From an uncultured Gammaproteobacteria bacterium (lineage in GTDB: Bacteria; Patescibacteriota; Patescibacteriia; UBA9934), in contig CAZREA010000001.1 in NCBI GenBank assembly GCA_964599455.1, forward strand, positions 135,687-199,686: a stretch of 64,000 nucleotides of DNA, in the 5' to 3' direction. The notes beneath the pieces are model-generated. The model searched no databases. It was not told the DNA's origin and was given only the letters and a program-made list of their open reading frames with translations. Below, piece by piece: positions 1 to 9,507 of the stretch (the stretch's first letter is position 1; the number at the start of each line of letters is the position of its first letter). A program made the position numbers and the translations under genes.

Positions 1-303
1 GCTATGGTTATTTAGCCCGCCGAGATCGCCCTAATACAAAAAGCGACACCCGGTGGTGCTTCACTACCCAGCCCAAGCACGGATCGTGCTCGAACTGTTT
101 TAACCGGATGCCGCTTTATGCGCGCGATCCGATAAGCCGAAATACGGCCCTGTTTAGGCTGAGTAGTGAAGCGAGACAATTGTAGCATAGGAACCCCGAA
201 AGTAAAGGGATTTTCTCAACATATTTCGGGTGAATAAATGGGTTATTTCGATCATTAACTTACCAACAGCTAGGGGCTAGGCACCCGGGACCACAGCGTT
301 AGC

Positions 304-1668
304 ATGTGGGACATAAGAATGATTAATTGCCTTATGTACGCACAAAATACGAACACCGAGAGCGATCAGCTAAAGGAATCTGAGCCGCTCAAATACTGTC
401 TGTACGCTCGCAAATCATCGGAAGATGACGAACGCCAAGCGTTATCCATCGAGAGCCAGGTGAAAGAAGTGCTCGAAATAGCCGCCAGGGATCGGCTCAA
501 TGTCGTCGAAATTCGCCGCGAAAGTCACTCCGCCAAAAACTCCGGGTCACGCCCGGAGTTTAATCGTTTAATTGACGACATTCGTTTGAAAAAGTTCGAC
601 GGGATCCTCACGTGGGCAGCGGATCGTATCAGTCGTAATGCCGGTGACCTTGGCACGGTTGTTGATCTCATGGATCAGGGAATGCTTCAGGAAATCCGAA
701 CAAGTGGACCGAAGTTCACCAACTCCCCGAGCGATAAGTTCATGCTCATGATGTTATGTAGTCATGCGAAGCTCGAAAACGATAACAAGGGTGTGAACGT
801 GAAGCGCGGGTTCCGAGCGAAGGTAGAAATGGGCTACAGACCTAATATGTCACCATTGGGCTATCTTCACGACAAATACGCCCCCAAGGGAGAAAGACGC
901 ATATATATCGATCCTGAGCGTGGCCCCGTAATTCAAGAGGCTTTCCGTAAGGTTGCCTATGAAGGATTTACTGGGCGGGATTTGAAACGCTGGCTTGATG
1001 ACGAAAAACAATTCAAAACACGCAAAGGCAAAAAGGTTTCCCTGAGCATGATTTACCGGATGATCGACAACTCGTTTTACACGGGTCGATATGAGTTCCC
1101 GCAAGGAAGCGGACGATGGTATCAGGGAAAGCATGATCCACTGATCAATAAAGAAATCTTTGAACGTGCACGAGAAGTAATGAAGGGTGCCGAGCGTACC
1201 AACCGCCCTGGGTCGAAAGAATTCGGATTCACCAAGATGTTTAAGTGCAACACCTGTAACTACGGAATCACGGCTGACGAAAAGATTAAACGCCTGAAAG
1301 ACGGAACGATTCGGAGATATGTCTACTACGGCTGCAATAAAAAATGGCTTACCGGTTGCAGGGAACCGTATATCCGGGAGGAAGACATGTTGAGTCAGCT
1401 ATGTAAAATTATCGACAAAGTGGATATTGATGAGCTAACGGCTGTAGATCGCATTAAGCAGGAGATCGGTCGGCTCCAGAAAATGATCTCAAGTTTGGGT
1501 GGTCATATAGCTACGGAAAAGATTGCTGGAATGATGCCGGACATCGATGTCTATGCCTGCGCTAAATATATTCTGAAAGAAGGAACTCTAGAAGAGAAAA
1601 GAAACTTACTTCAATCAATTAAAAGTATGATCGCTCTCGGGTCCGGTCAGTTAATCGTATTGAAGTAG
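304..1668 (+). CDS. large serine recombinase (resolvase/invertase N-terminal catalytic domain plus recombinase and zinc-ribbon domains)
   Basis: N-terminal YARKSSEDDERQALSIESQ catalytic-Ser motif typical of serine recombinases. C-terminal CNTCNYG...YYGCNKK zinc-ribbon. Sits at the edge of the high-GC block. Confidence 0.85.
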   Translation: MWDIRMINCLMYAQNTNTESDQLKESEPLKYCLYARKSSEDDERQALSIESQVKEVLEIAARDRLNVVEIRRESHSAKNSGSRPEFNRLIDDIRLKKFDGILTWAADRISRNAGDLGTVVDLMDQGMLQEIRTSGPKFTNSPSDKFMLMMLCSHAKLENDNKGVNVKRGFRAKVEMGYRPNMSPLGYLHDKYAPKGERRIYIDPERGPVIQEAFRKVAYEGFTGRDLKRWLDDEKQFKTRKGKKVSLSMIYRMIDNSFYTGRYEFPQGSGRWYQGKHDPLINKEIFERAREVMKGAERTNRPGSKEFGFTKMFKCNTCNYGITADEKIKRLKDGTIRRYVYYGCNKKWLTGCREPYIREEDMLSQLCKIIDKVDIDELTAVDRIKQEIGRLQKMISSLGGHIATEKIAGMMPDIDVYACAKYILKEGTLEEKRNLLQSIKSMIALGSGQLIVLK

Positions 1669-1729
1669 ATTACCAATTTTTATCTCCATTCGATTAGGTG
1701 TATAATTTTATCAATTAATCCATGTATAT

Positions 1730-1951
1730 ATGAAATTTTCTCAAGTTCTCCACGTCGCCGGGGTCATCGTAGGGTTTGCAGGCATCATTACTGCTTTAGC
1801 CGGGATCATGGCCGGAGCCGAGAATCTCGTTTGGGGCCTTACCCGTGAGCATCTATTTCTCTGTTCGGGTCTTCTCATGCTGATTGCGATTTGGATCAGT
1901 ATCAGTACCATTCACCACATGATGCTTGAAAAGGAAAAACGTCTCGTCTAA
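1730..1951 (+). CDS. small two-TM membrane protein, function unknown
   Basis: 73 aa hydrophobic ORF followed directly by a hairpin terminator. Confidence 0.35.
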   Translation: MKFSQVLHVAGVIVGFAGIITALAGIMAGAENLVWGLTREHLFLCSGLLMLIAIWISISTIHHMMLEKEKRLV

Positions 1952-1957
1952 AACAGC

Positions 1958-1986
1958 AAAACCCGGCTTCATAGCCGGGTTTTTGC
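1958..1986 (+). terminator. rho-independent terminator
   Basis: cccggct-tcat-agccggg hairpin followed by a TTTTT run. Confidence 0.6.
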
Positions 1987-2065
1987 TTATGACGTTAATC
2001 TCTTCGGGTATTGCACTGCCAAAAAGATTCGAGTAACCAAAACGTGATCCACTTCGACAGGGAGC

Positions 2066-2251
2066 CTAGTGCTTATGCCCACCTTTGTCTCCGCCGTGCC
2101 CGCCATGCATGAAGATCATCATGAGCGGACAGATGGCGAGGAAACTGAGTGTGAGAATATTGGAAGTACTGGCTTTCCCCGTGAGAGCCAGGATGACTAT
2201 TCCAATGGCAATAACTCCGATAATGATCCAGTGCATTGTTTTCATACACAA
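2066..2251 (-). CDS. small membrane protein with His/Gly-rich C-terminal tail (putative metal-binding)
   Basis: 61 aa, two hydrophobic segments, C-terminal HGGHGGDKGGHKH. Immediately downstream of the P1B ATPase on the same strand. Confidence 0.4.
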   Translation of the reverse strand: MCMKTMHWIIIGVIAIGIVILALTGKASTSNILTLSFLAICPLMMIFMHGGHGGDKGGHKH

Positions 2252-2263
2252 GTGTTAAATATT

Positions 2264-4330
2264 TTAGACGAGCTTTGATTCAACGCGCTTGAGCATGACT
2301 GCATTCGTGGCCACGATGATGGACGACGCGGACATGAGAAGCGCGGAGATTTCCGGACGGAGCATCCAGCCGAAGGCAGTATAGAACGCGCCAGCGGCGA
2401 CAGGGATCGCGAGGATGTTGTAAATGGCAGCCCAGAAGAGGTTCTGCTTCATCTTTACCACCGTGGCTTTCGAGAGCGTGATCGCCTTCAAAACGTCAGC
2501 CGGGTCAGATTTCATGAGAACAATGTTCGCGGTTTCGATGGCGACGTCGGTTCCCGCGCCGATCGCGATGCCTATGTCTGATTGGGCAAGCGCCGGCGCA
2601 TCATTTATTCCGTCGCCGACCATGGCGACGAATTTTCCTTCGTTTTGAAGCTTCTTCACGTAGCTCGCTTTCTCTTCCGGAAGCACCCGTGCGAAGTAGC
2701 GTTGTATGCCAAGCTCCTTGGCGATGGCCTTTGCTACTCCCTCGTGATCCCCGGTAATCATGACCGCCTCGATTCCGATTTGACGGAGTCCATTGACGGC
2801 TTGTTTCGCCGACGGACGAATAACGTCTGCCACGCCGATGATCGCGGCAACCTTTCCGTCGATACTGAGAATGCTGACGCTCTCTCCGCGACCAACCATT
2901 TTGTTCATCGCCTCCATGATCGGATCGAGATTGATTCCGTGATCCTTCATGAGCCGTTCCGTCCCGACGAGGATCGCCTTGTCATCGACGACTGCGCTCA
3001 CTCCAAGTCCTTTCAACGCTTCAAACTTATTTGCCTTTTCGGGAACGGTGATGCCCTTGGCTTCTGCATAATGAAGAATGGCGAGCCCGACGGGGTGGTT
3101 GGACCCGGCCTCCGCCGCGGCCTGAAGTCCGAGCGCGTCATCTTCGGAGAATCCATTGACGGTCACGACCTCGGTAACTCTTGGTTTTCCTTCCGTAAGC
3201 GTGCCAGTCTTGTCGATTGCCACTACCTGGATCTTTGAGGTCAACTCGAGCGTGGCGGCGTCCTTGATCAAAATGTTGTGCTTCGCCCCGATGCCGGTTC
3301 CAACAGCAACGGCGGTAGGCGTGGCCAGGCCGAGCGCGTCCGGGCAAGCGATCACGATGGCGGAAACGGCAAACGTCAGCGCGGTGACGAGATCAACATC
3401 GCCAAGAAATGTCCAACTAAGAAACGTGACGATACCGGAGGCGATGGCGAGTACCACGAGGTACGCCGCCGCCTTGTCGGCAACACGTTGGCCAGGAGCC
3501 TTGGAGTTCTGCGCCGTCTCAACGAGCTTGATGATACGGGCGAGGACGGTATCGCTTCCGACGCGTTCCGCAATAAAGTTGATCGTCCCGCTTTGGTTGA
3601 TCGATCCGCCGACGACCTTGTCGCCGATGTTTTTGACGACGGGAAGTGATTCTCCGGTCACGAGCGACTCGTCGATCGTCGTCTCTCCGGACGCCACGGA
3701 TCCGTCCACCGGAATTTTGTCACCCGGACGAATGACGATGGCATCGCCGATAACGATTTCCGAAGTAAGGATTTCTTGTTGTTTTCCATTTCTCATCACC
3801 AGTGCCTTTGGAGGAACGAGGTCAAAGAGTGCCCGTAGCGATTCCGACGTGCCCCGACGTGACTTCATTTCCATCCAGTGACCGAACAGTACGAAAGTAA
3901 CGAGGAGTGCCGCGGCCTCAAAGAACGTCTCGCCGCCGACCGTCAGCGTGAGGAAGACGCTAAACCCGTACGCCGCCAACACCCCGGTCGCGATGAGCAC
4001 CGACATGTTGAGCTTACGCTTGCGAAGCGCGTGGTAGGTGCCGGTAATGAAGATGGAACCGGCCCAAAAGACGATCGGCGTCGTAAGGATGAACAGCAGC
4101 CATGACGTGGGAATGGGCGTTGGCAGAGTACCGAGAAGCGATTCGCCGACGGGCGAATAGAGAAACACAGGAATCGACAAAACGAACGCCACCCAGAAAC
4201 GACGGCGCATGTCGGCCTCCATGGCCTTGGCCATCGCGGGATCGGTCATCGCCGCCTCGTGGTCTGCGTGGCTCATCTTTTGCATGTCGTGCCCTTGGTG
4301 GGCGTGACCGCCCATGTGTTCATTTTGCAT
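2264..4330 (-). CDS. heavy-metal translocating P1B-type ATPase, CopB-like (His-rich N-terminus, no HMA domain), unusual CPD transmembrane motif
   Basis: DKTGTLT phosphorylation motif, GDGINDAP hinge motif, and TGES-like TGESLP motif. N-terminal HAHQGHD...HADHE His-rich stretch. The TM6 motif reads C-P-D (tgc ccg gac confirmed on the DNA) instead of CPC/CPH. Confidence 0.9.
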   Translation of the reverse strand: MQNEHMGGHAHQGHDMQKMSHADHEAAMTDPAMAKAMEADMRRRFWVAFVLSIPVFLYSPVGESLLGTLPTPIPTSWLLFILTTPIVFWAGSIFITGTYHALRKRKLNMSVLIATGVLAAYGFSVFLTLTVGGETFFEAAALLVTFVLFGHWMEMKSRRGTSESLRALFDLVPPKALVMRNGKQQEILTSEIVIGDAIVIRPGDKIPVDGSVASGETTIDESLVTGESLPVVKNIGDKVVGGSINQSGTINFIAERVGSDTVLARIIKLVETAQNSKAPGQRVADKAAAYLVVLAIASGIVTFLSWTFLGDVDLVTALTFAVSAIVIACPDALGLATPTAVAVGTGIGAKHNILIKDAATLELTSKIQVVAIDKTGTLTEGKPRVTEVVTVNGFSEDDALGLQAAAEAGSNHPVGLAILHYAEAKGITVPEKANKFEALKGLGVSAVVDDKAILVGTERLMKDHGINLDPIMEAMNKMVGRGESVSILSIDGKVAAIIGVADVIRPSAKQAVNGLRQIGIEAVMITGDHEGVAKAIAKELGIQRYFARVLPEEKASYVKKLQNEGKFVAMVGDGINDAPALAQSDIGIAIGAGTDVAIETANIVLMKSDPADVLKAITLSKATVVKMKQNLFWAAIYNILAIPVAAGAFYTAFGWMLRPEISALLMSASSIIVATNAVMLKRVESKLV

Positions 4331-5171
4331 AGGCCGGATGTTTACATAGCTCGCCAGCCTCGGCGATTGCCTTGGCTAACGTTTCCTCTGGCAGGATTGA
4401 GGTAACGCTCAATTGTCTGTCAAAGAGATCTTGGCAAAGGACGATGCCTTCGGCAAGCAAAGCCCGCCTCTGTTCGATTTTGAGCGACGTGAGACACGTG
4501 ATCGGATGCAGTCCCCGCACGTCGATCATCCTTTCGAGGCTCTCGCCGAGCGGACCGGTGTTCCAGCCGAGGAGTTTGAGTCCGGCGCAGGATCCGTATG
4601 CCAAAGCATCGTCGGTAAAACGCGTATTGGTGACAAGCCAGCCCTCGCGGTTCCGATCGCCCCTGAACGGTTTTCCCTCACGTTCACAAAGATCCTCGAA
4701 TCGAGCGAGCACGTACAGGGGTGTTTGTACGCTACATTTCGTGCCTGGGACATTGTGAAATTTGCATTCAGCAAATCCGTGGACGGCTTCCTTGGTGAGA
4801 ACAACGTCCACTTCGTGGCTGACACATTTTCCCGGCAAGACAATGCCGACTTGTGTTTTGTATCCCATCGCATCGAAAAGCCGCGCGGCATATCGCTCGA
4901 ACGGAAAGCCGCTCGGGCCGAGCGCGAAGATCGCTTTCTTAAGATTGTAACGGGCGGCGAAGGACTTCCGATGCGTCTTCAGCATCGCAAACGCGCGATC
5001 GTGGATAACTTTCGTGGATACGCCCTCATAGACCTGGCCTGAAATATGCTCGACGATCTCGTCGGCCAACATCGGATCGGCTCCGGATCGCTCCAAGGAT
5101 CCTCGCAATTTATCTTGCGAAAACTCTTGGAGTTCCCCGGACGCCTTTTTGACCATGATTTTCCTGGTCAT
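4320..5171 (-). CDS. ATP-cone domain protein fused to a Mrr-like (PD-(D/E)xK) restriction-endonuclease-fold domain
   Basis: N-terminal NrdR-like ATP-cone (MVKKASGELQEF...KLRGSLERSG). Central EVDVV...AECKF resembles the Mrr_cat D...E.K catalytic motif. Overlaps the ATPase start by 11 nt, suggesting co-transcription. Confidence 0.55.
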   Translation of the reverse strand: MTRKIMVKKASGELQEFSQDKLRGSLERSGADPMLADEIVEHISGQVYEGVSTKVIHDRAFAMLKTHRKSFAARYNLKKAIFALGPSGFPFERYAARLFDAMGYKTQVGIVLPGKCVSHEVDVVLTKEAVHGFAECKFHNVPGTKCSVQTPLYVLARFEDLCEREGKPFRGDRNREGWLVTNTRFTDDALAYGSCAGLKLLGWNTGPLGESLERMIDVRGLHPITCLTSLKIEQRRALLAEGIVLCQDLFDRQLSVTSILPEETLAKAIAEAGELCKHPAYAK

Positions 5172-5190
5172 AATGTGCGACGGACAAGGC

Positions 5191-5889
5191 CTATAGCCCG
5201 TCCGGAAAATTAAAACTCGAAGGGATCGGGTTTGGAATATCTTGCCCGTAAACGACTAAAATTTCATAATGCTGATCGAGTGGAACCTGCCTTGGGTCAC
5301 CTTCGTACTTGCTTCCATCAACAAAGACGGCAAGCGGATGCGTTTCGTCCGTGACGTAGCCGCCGATATTCGTCTGCGTGAATGAAACTCCCCAGACATC
5401 AAAAAACACTCCAAGAGTCGGGTTTAGATTCACATCCGTCGTCTCGACGTGAATAATTCCATCTCCCTCTGAACCGTGGGTATGAATCGGTACTTCTGCT
5501 TGGCGAGAGAGGCCGATGTTGTGAGGTACGGGAACCGATTTGCCATTGACGAAAATATCAAGGTGCTGATGGTGATGGAGTTTGGGCGGATCGGCGGGTG
5601 CCATGCCGAAGACCTGCATTAGCAACGGTAGATCCGACGAGTTTGGCTTCCAGGTGTCCGCATTGTTCAGATCGAGCGTCATGTGTGAAAGACGGTTGGC
5701 AATAAAGTCTGAACTGTCCGTCACGTCGCTTGATGCTACGGGGGCAGAATCATCGTTCGGCTCTATGGAGTCCTTCTCGTGCGAAGAAGAAAACGCGCTC
5801 CAAACGATAAGTATCATGATGGCTGCGACCAGCCCCCACACGATTCTTTTGCGAAAGGATGCACCATCTTTCGTTTGCTCTTCCATAGG
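5191..5889 (-). CDS. membrane-anchored periplasmic protein with His-rich motifs, function unknown
   Basis: N-terminal TM helix, then KLHHHQH and HTHGSEGDGIIH motifs. First gene of the minus-strand operon, divergent from ArsR. Start chosen at the internal Met MEEQTKD. Confidence 0.45.
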   Translation of the reverse strand, partial: PMEEQTKDGASFRKRIVWGLVAAIMILIVWSAFSSSHEKDSIEPNDDSAPVASSDVTDSSDFIANRLSHMTLDLNNADTWKPNSSDLPLLMQVFGMAPADPPKLHHHQHLDIFVNGKSVPVPHNIGLSRQAEVPIHTHGSEGDGIIHVETTDVNLNPTLGVFFDVWGVSFTQTNIGGYVTDETHPLAVFVDGSKYEGDPRQVPLDQHYEILVVYGQDIPNPIPSSFNFPDGL

Positions 5890-5929
5890 TTTCTGAAGTA
5901 TAAGTAAGTAATGATATATTATACCCGCT

Positions 5930-6286
5930 ATGAGGAACAAACAAGTTCAGACTGATCTCGAGTCTAGATTATTCCGGGGCCTAGCCGATACATCCAGACT
6001 GTCCATTCTGGAATCAATCTTAACGGGACCGGCAACCGTCTCACAGATCGTCAAAACTACCGGACTCTCCCAACCCAACACTTCCGCGCATCTGTCCTGC
6101 CTGTTGGAATGCGGTCTCGTCCGGAAGAAGAGACAGGGCCGTGAGGTATTTTATCGGATTGCAATGAAAGAAGCCGCGGAAATCATTTTTCTTGGTCGGA
6201 AGATCCTAAGAAATCACGCGAAAGGAATTGGTCAGTGTGCTGAACTTTGCGAGAAATCATCGTGCAGGCAAAAGCCTAATCCGTAA
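5930..6286 (+). CDS. ArsR/SmtB family metalloregulatory transcriptional repressor
   Basis: wHTH core (SRLSILESIL...VSQIVKTTGLSQPNTSAHLSCLLECGLV) with C-terminal Cys cluster CAELCEKSSC. Divergent from the metal ATPase operon. Confidence 0.8.
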   Translation: MRNKQVQTDLESRLFRGLADTSRLSILESILTGPATVSQIVKTTGLSQPNTSAHLSCLLECGLVRKKRQGREVFYRIAMKEAAEIIFLGRKILRNHAKGIGQCAELCEKSSCRQKPNP

Positions 6287-6300
6287 CTCATTCTGTTCTT

Positions 6301-7890
6301 TTATTTCACCGTAAATGGCAACGCCATGCCCGCCTCAAGATGCTCGGCAATGTGGCAATGCGCCATCCATGTACCCAGATTAGTCACCTCAAGAAGAATC
6401 TCCATCGTTTCGCCGCTTGGAATAAGCGCGGTGTCCTTCCAGGCCATGTTTGTTTCTTGAACACCGTCGCGTGAAAGGATCAGGAAACGTTGCCCGTGGA
6501 AGTGAATCGGGTGCTGCATGGGGTGCATGGTCGAGTCGTCGTTGTCGATGCGGATTTTCACCAAGTCACCGACGGAAAAGTTCCAGTCGTCAATGTCCAT
6601 GTTTTTCTTGCCTGTCGCGGTGTCGATCATGTCCCAATCGACCATCGACGTGTCGGAAGACGCGTTCATCGCGCTCGACATATCCTCCCATTCGATGCCG
6701 TCCTTGGATCCGCCCATCATCATGCCGCCGTTCATCATCATTCCACCGCCCATGGAGTGGGTCCCGTTCTGCATCATGCCGCTCATCCGCGCGTTCATGC
6801 TGACGGATAGGCGCAGGAACTTGTCGACTGGCTTGTTGAAAAATGGACGCAGACGATCGATCTCGCTGACGACACTCACGTGCTCTCGAAGGACGCCGAA
6901 CGTGTCGACGTAAGACGGCGAGGCGGGCTCGCCGGAGGTCACGACGGTACCGATCGTCGTCGTGGATTCCGGCGTGGCGTTCTGGAGTTTATACGTTCCG
7001 TTCTTCGGGAACATCACTTCAACGACCGCGCGCTCCGACGGCCCGATTGTCACCGCGTCTTGCCACGTCTCCCGCTCATAGGCGCTCGCGTCGCTCCCGA
7101 CGAGCTTCATTTTTGCCCCACCGGCAAAAGCGATACGGAACGGTCGGACGTTCGCCGCGTTGGTGATGAAAAATCGCACAACCTCACCTGGCTGCACGCT
7201 GAGCTGATAGTCCGTATCGCCATTCACGAGCATCACGTTGCCATAACGCCCCATCAGGGCATACGTCGCGTCTTCCGTGCCATGTGGGACGATCTCGTCG
7301 TTTTCCATCAGGATGTCGTCGACGAACAACGGAACTTCTTGATTGACCGGCGACCAGTACCCGACCTCCTCCGGCGTCACGAAGTAATTTCCATAGAGTC
7401 CCAAATCCTGCGCGAGGTCTTCGCGCACGTGCGGGTGGTACCAGTACATTCCCGCATCCGGGAACGAGAGGTTGTATGTGAACTCTCCACCTGGCGGAAT
7501 CGCGTCCTGGACGAGGTCGGTTCCGTCCGACGCGTTATCGAGACGCAGCCCGTGGGAATGAAGAAGCGTCTCGATGTTTGTGTCGTTCTTGAAACGAAGC
7601 GTTACGTTCGCGCCCTGTGGAACGCGTAAAATCGGCCCCGGAATGGAGCCGTTGTACGCGAGCATGGCGTACTCCCGGTTGCCGATTTCCTTTTGCACGT
7701 ATCCCGCTGTCATTTCATACGTGTCGCCATCTTTGAGGTCGACGATCTGCGTATCGGTGGCTTTCGGGAGCGACGCGACATCCGGAAGGTTGTCCGAAGG
7801 CCGGTTGAACATGATGGTGAACAGGAATGTTCCGACGATCAAGACGACGAGCGCGATGCCACCGACCATCCAAATAGATTTTTGTTTCAT
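6301..7890 (-). CDS. multicopper oxidase (CopA/PcoA/CueO-like) with Met-rich insert
   Basis: Four copper-binding His motifs (HSHGL, WYHPH, HPIHFHG, HCHIAEHLEAGM). Met/Gly-rich segment MSGMMQNGTHSMGGGMMMNGGMMMGG. N-terminal TM anchor starting at MKQKSIW (start trimmed from the ORF-track 7980). Confidence 0.9.
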   Translation of the reverse strand: MKQKSIWMVGGIALVVLIVGTFLFTIMFNRPSDNLPDVASLPKATDTQIVDLKDGDTYEMTAGYVQKEIGNREYAMLAYNGSIPGPILRVPQGANVTLRFKNDTNIETLLHSHGLRLDNASDGTDLVQDAIPPGGEFTYNLSFPDAGMYWYHPHVREDLAQDLGLYGNYFVTPEEVGYWSPVNQEVPLFVDDILMENDEIVPHGTEDATYALMGRYGNVMLVNGDTDYQLSVQPGEVVRFFITNAANVRPFRIAFAGGAKMKLVGSDASAYERETWQDAVTIGPSERAVVEVMFPKNGTYKLQNATPESTTTIGTVVTSGEPASPSYVDTFGVLREHVSVVSEIDRLRPFFNKPVDKFLRLSVSMNARMSGMMQNGTHSMGGGMMMNGGMMMGGSKDGIEWEDMSSAMNASSDTSMVDWDMIDTATGKKNMDIDDWNFSVGDLVKIRIDNDDSTMHPMQHPIHFHGQRFLILSRDGVQETNMAWKDTALIPSGETMEILLEVTNLGTWMAHCHIAEHLEAGMALPFTVK

Positions 7891-7900
7891 AGAAGCGTGC

Positions 7901-8419
7901 TTACTTATGATGGTCGATGCCGCGGTAGGCGGCGATGAACGACGTGATCTCGTCCTCGTCAAACGCCTGAAGTTTATCAATTTTCGTCCAGGCCGTCAGG
8001 ACAATTGGCGTCTCCAAATCGGCGTATGGCTCGAGGATTACCTTGTCGGGATATCGATTCATAACATCCTCCAGGCTTGTCTTTGTTGCATCATCAATCT
8101 GTTCGGGATCGTAGTGAATGATCACTCCGCCGTCCTCAAGGTTGTGCACCTGCATTTCGTCCACGATTTGTTCATTGGACACGCCCCAAGGTGCTTTTTG
8201 GTTTAGGTGAGGGCCGGATGTTGGTGGTGAAGTGTTGTACGGGACGTGTTCTTCTTCGATGGATTCCAGATGCTGATTGCCGATGTCCGCAACCGATTCT
8301 CCCGGTCGTGGACGGGTCGCGGCGAAGACAAACAAGACGAAGATGAACAAAATCGGAACAGCATACCAGACGAAAGATATTTTTTTCTTCATATATTTGT
8401 TAGATCGTTTCATTATCAA
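7901..8419 (-). CDS. DUF3105 family membrane-anchored protein
   Basis: N-terminal TM, conserved PPTSGPH motif typical of DUF3105. Lies between the CDF transporter and the MCO in the same operon. Confidence 0.55.
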   Translation of the reverse strand: MIMKRSNKYMKKKISFVWYAVPILFIFVLFVFAATRPRPGESVADIGNQHLESIEEEHVPYNTSPPTSGPHLNQKAPWGVSNEQIVDEMQVHNLEDGGVIIHYDPEQIDDATKTSLEDVMNRYPDKVILEPYADLETPIVLTAWTKIDKLQAFDEDEITSFIAAYRGIDHHK

Positions 8420-9027
8420 CTTTCACAATCGCCACATGCTTCCTTCGAGTCTCGCAAAACACCAACCGCGCTTGTAAAGACATAGCATCCGATGGCAAGT
8501 GCGATGATAACGTCTGGCCATTTTGATGACGTCATAATAACGAGCAAACCGCCGACCAGCACCCCGGTGTTAGCGAGGAGGTCATTGCGCGAACAAACCC
8601 ATGCCGAACGAATATTGATTCCACCCTTCCTGTGGCGTCTCAGCATCAGGAAGCACGCCGTGTTCACCGTAAGGGCAAGCAAGCCGATCCCCATCATGAC
8701 GAAGCCCTGAATCTCAACCGGACCGAAGATCTTTCCCACGGCCTCACTAATCACGACGAGAGCAAGAAGCGCCATAATGGCACCTTTGACCATCGAGACC
8801 CGACCCTTCCATAGCTCCGTCCTATGAAGCGACCAGATACTGAGACCGTACACCAGGGCATCGCCGAGCATATCGAGCGAGTCCGCTAAGATAGCACTGG
8901 AATGCGCGGCAAACCCCGCATAAACCTCGATAAAAAACATTACTGAATTTAAAACAAGAACGATCCAGAGCATTGATCTTTGTTGCGTGATATTTTTCTG
9001 GGCAGGGACAGGACAGCAGTCAGACAT
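8416..9027 (-). CDS. cation diffusion facilitator (CzcD-like) transporter, transmembrane domain only (no cytoplasmic C-terminal domain)
   Basis: Six predicted TM helices with the CDF signature (SLDMLGDALVYGLSIWS, HxxxD-like sites). Only 203 aa. Cys-rich termini (MSDCCPVP ... EACGDCES). Confidence 0.7.
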   Translation of the reverse strand: MSDCCPVPAQKNITQQRSMLWIVLVLNSVMFFIEVYAGFAAHSSAILADSLDMLGDALVYGLSIWSLHRTELWKGRVSMVKGAIMALLALVVISEAVGKIFGPVEIQGFVMMGIGLLALTVNTACFLMLRRHRKGGINIRSAWVCSRNDLLANTGVLVGGLLVIMTSSKWPDVIIALAIGCYVFTSAVGVLRDSKEACGDCES

Positions 9028-9095
9028 ATGCTATTGTTCGGTGTCACTGGCATACGCCAGGACACGATGTGTTTCTCCCATACGGTAAAACGAGT

Positions 9096-9494
9096 TTATC
9101 TTACATTAACAGTGAAGTCCTTACTGAGCGTCTGTCCGTCAGGCAGCGTGATCGTCGTTGCGATCTTCCATGGCCCGAGCATGCTGAAGCTCGCATTTAA
9201 CGCATACGATCCATCTCCCAGAGGTGTCGCCGTTCCTCTCTGCGAACCCATGTTCATCGTCGCCATGTTGATGTCCATGACCACCGTCGCGCCATCGACC
9301 GCCTTTCCCGCGCTGTCCGCGACGTTCACCGTGAGCAAATCCTTTCCCCCGGTCGGAGGATTCGGCGTGGTGACGAGCGTGAGCTGGTAGTCTCCGCCGC
9401 TCGCGCTCGTGGTCGAGGGCGAGGAGGACGAGAGCACCTTGAAACCGATGACGGCCAAAACGATCGCGAGGAAGATGTAGTGTTTTTTGTTCAT
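9096..9494 (-). CDS. YtkA/FixH-like Ig-fold periplasmic protein (metal-associated)
   Basis: N-terminal TM or signal (MNKKHYIFLAIVLAVIG). Beta-rich domain with DINMATMNMG and a C-terminal FTVNV motif. Confidence 0.45.
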   Translation of the reverse strand: MNKKHYIFLAIVLAVIGFKVLSSSSPSTTSASGGDYQLTLVTTPNPPTGGKDLLTVNVADSAGKAVDGATVVMDINMATMNMGSQRGTATPLGDGSYALNASFSMLGPWKIATTITLPDGQTLSKDFTVNVR

Positions 9495-9507
9495 AGACGA
9501 ATGATAA

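Noticed and set aside
1-303. Possible attachment site or tRNA upstream of the serine recombinase
   Set aside because: No cloverleaf and no repeat of this segment near the island's right boundary (17.5-17.8 kb). The left att site is probably outside the window.
6450-7980. Several 100-250-aa plus-strand ORFs inside the multicopper oxidase gene, and similar ones inside copA (14707..15498 and others)
   Set aside because: Antisense to genes with complete catalytic motifs. Their composition is Arg/Ser/Pro-rich.
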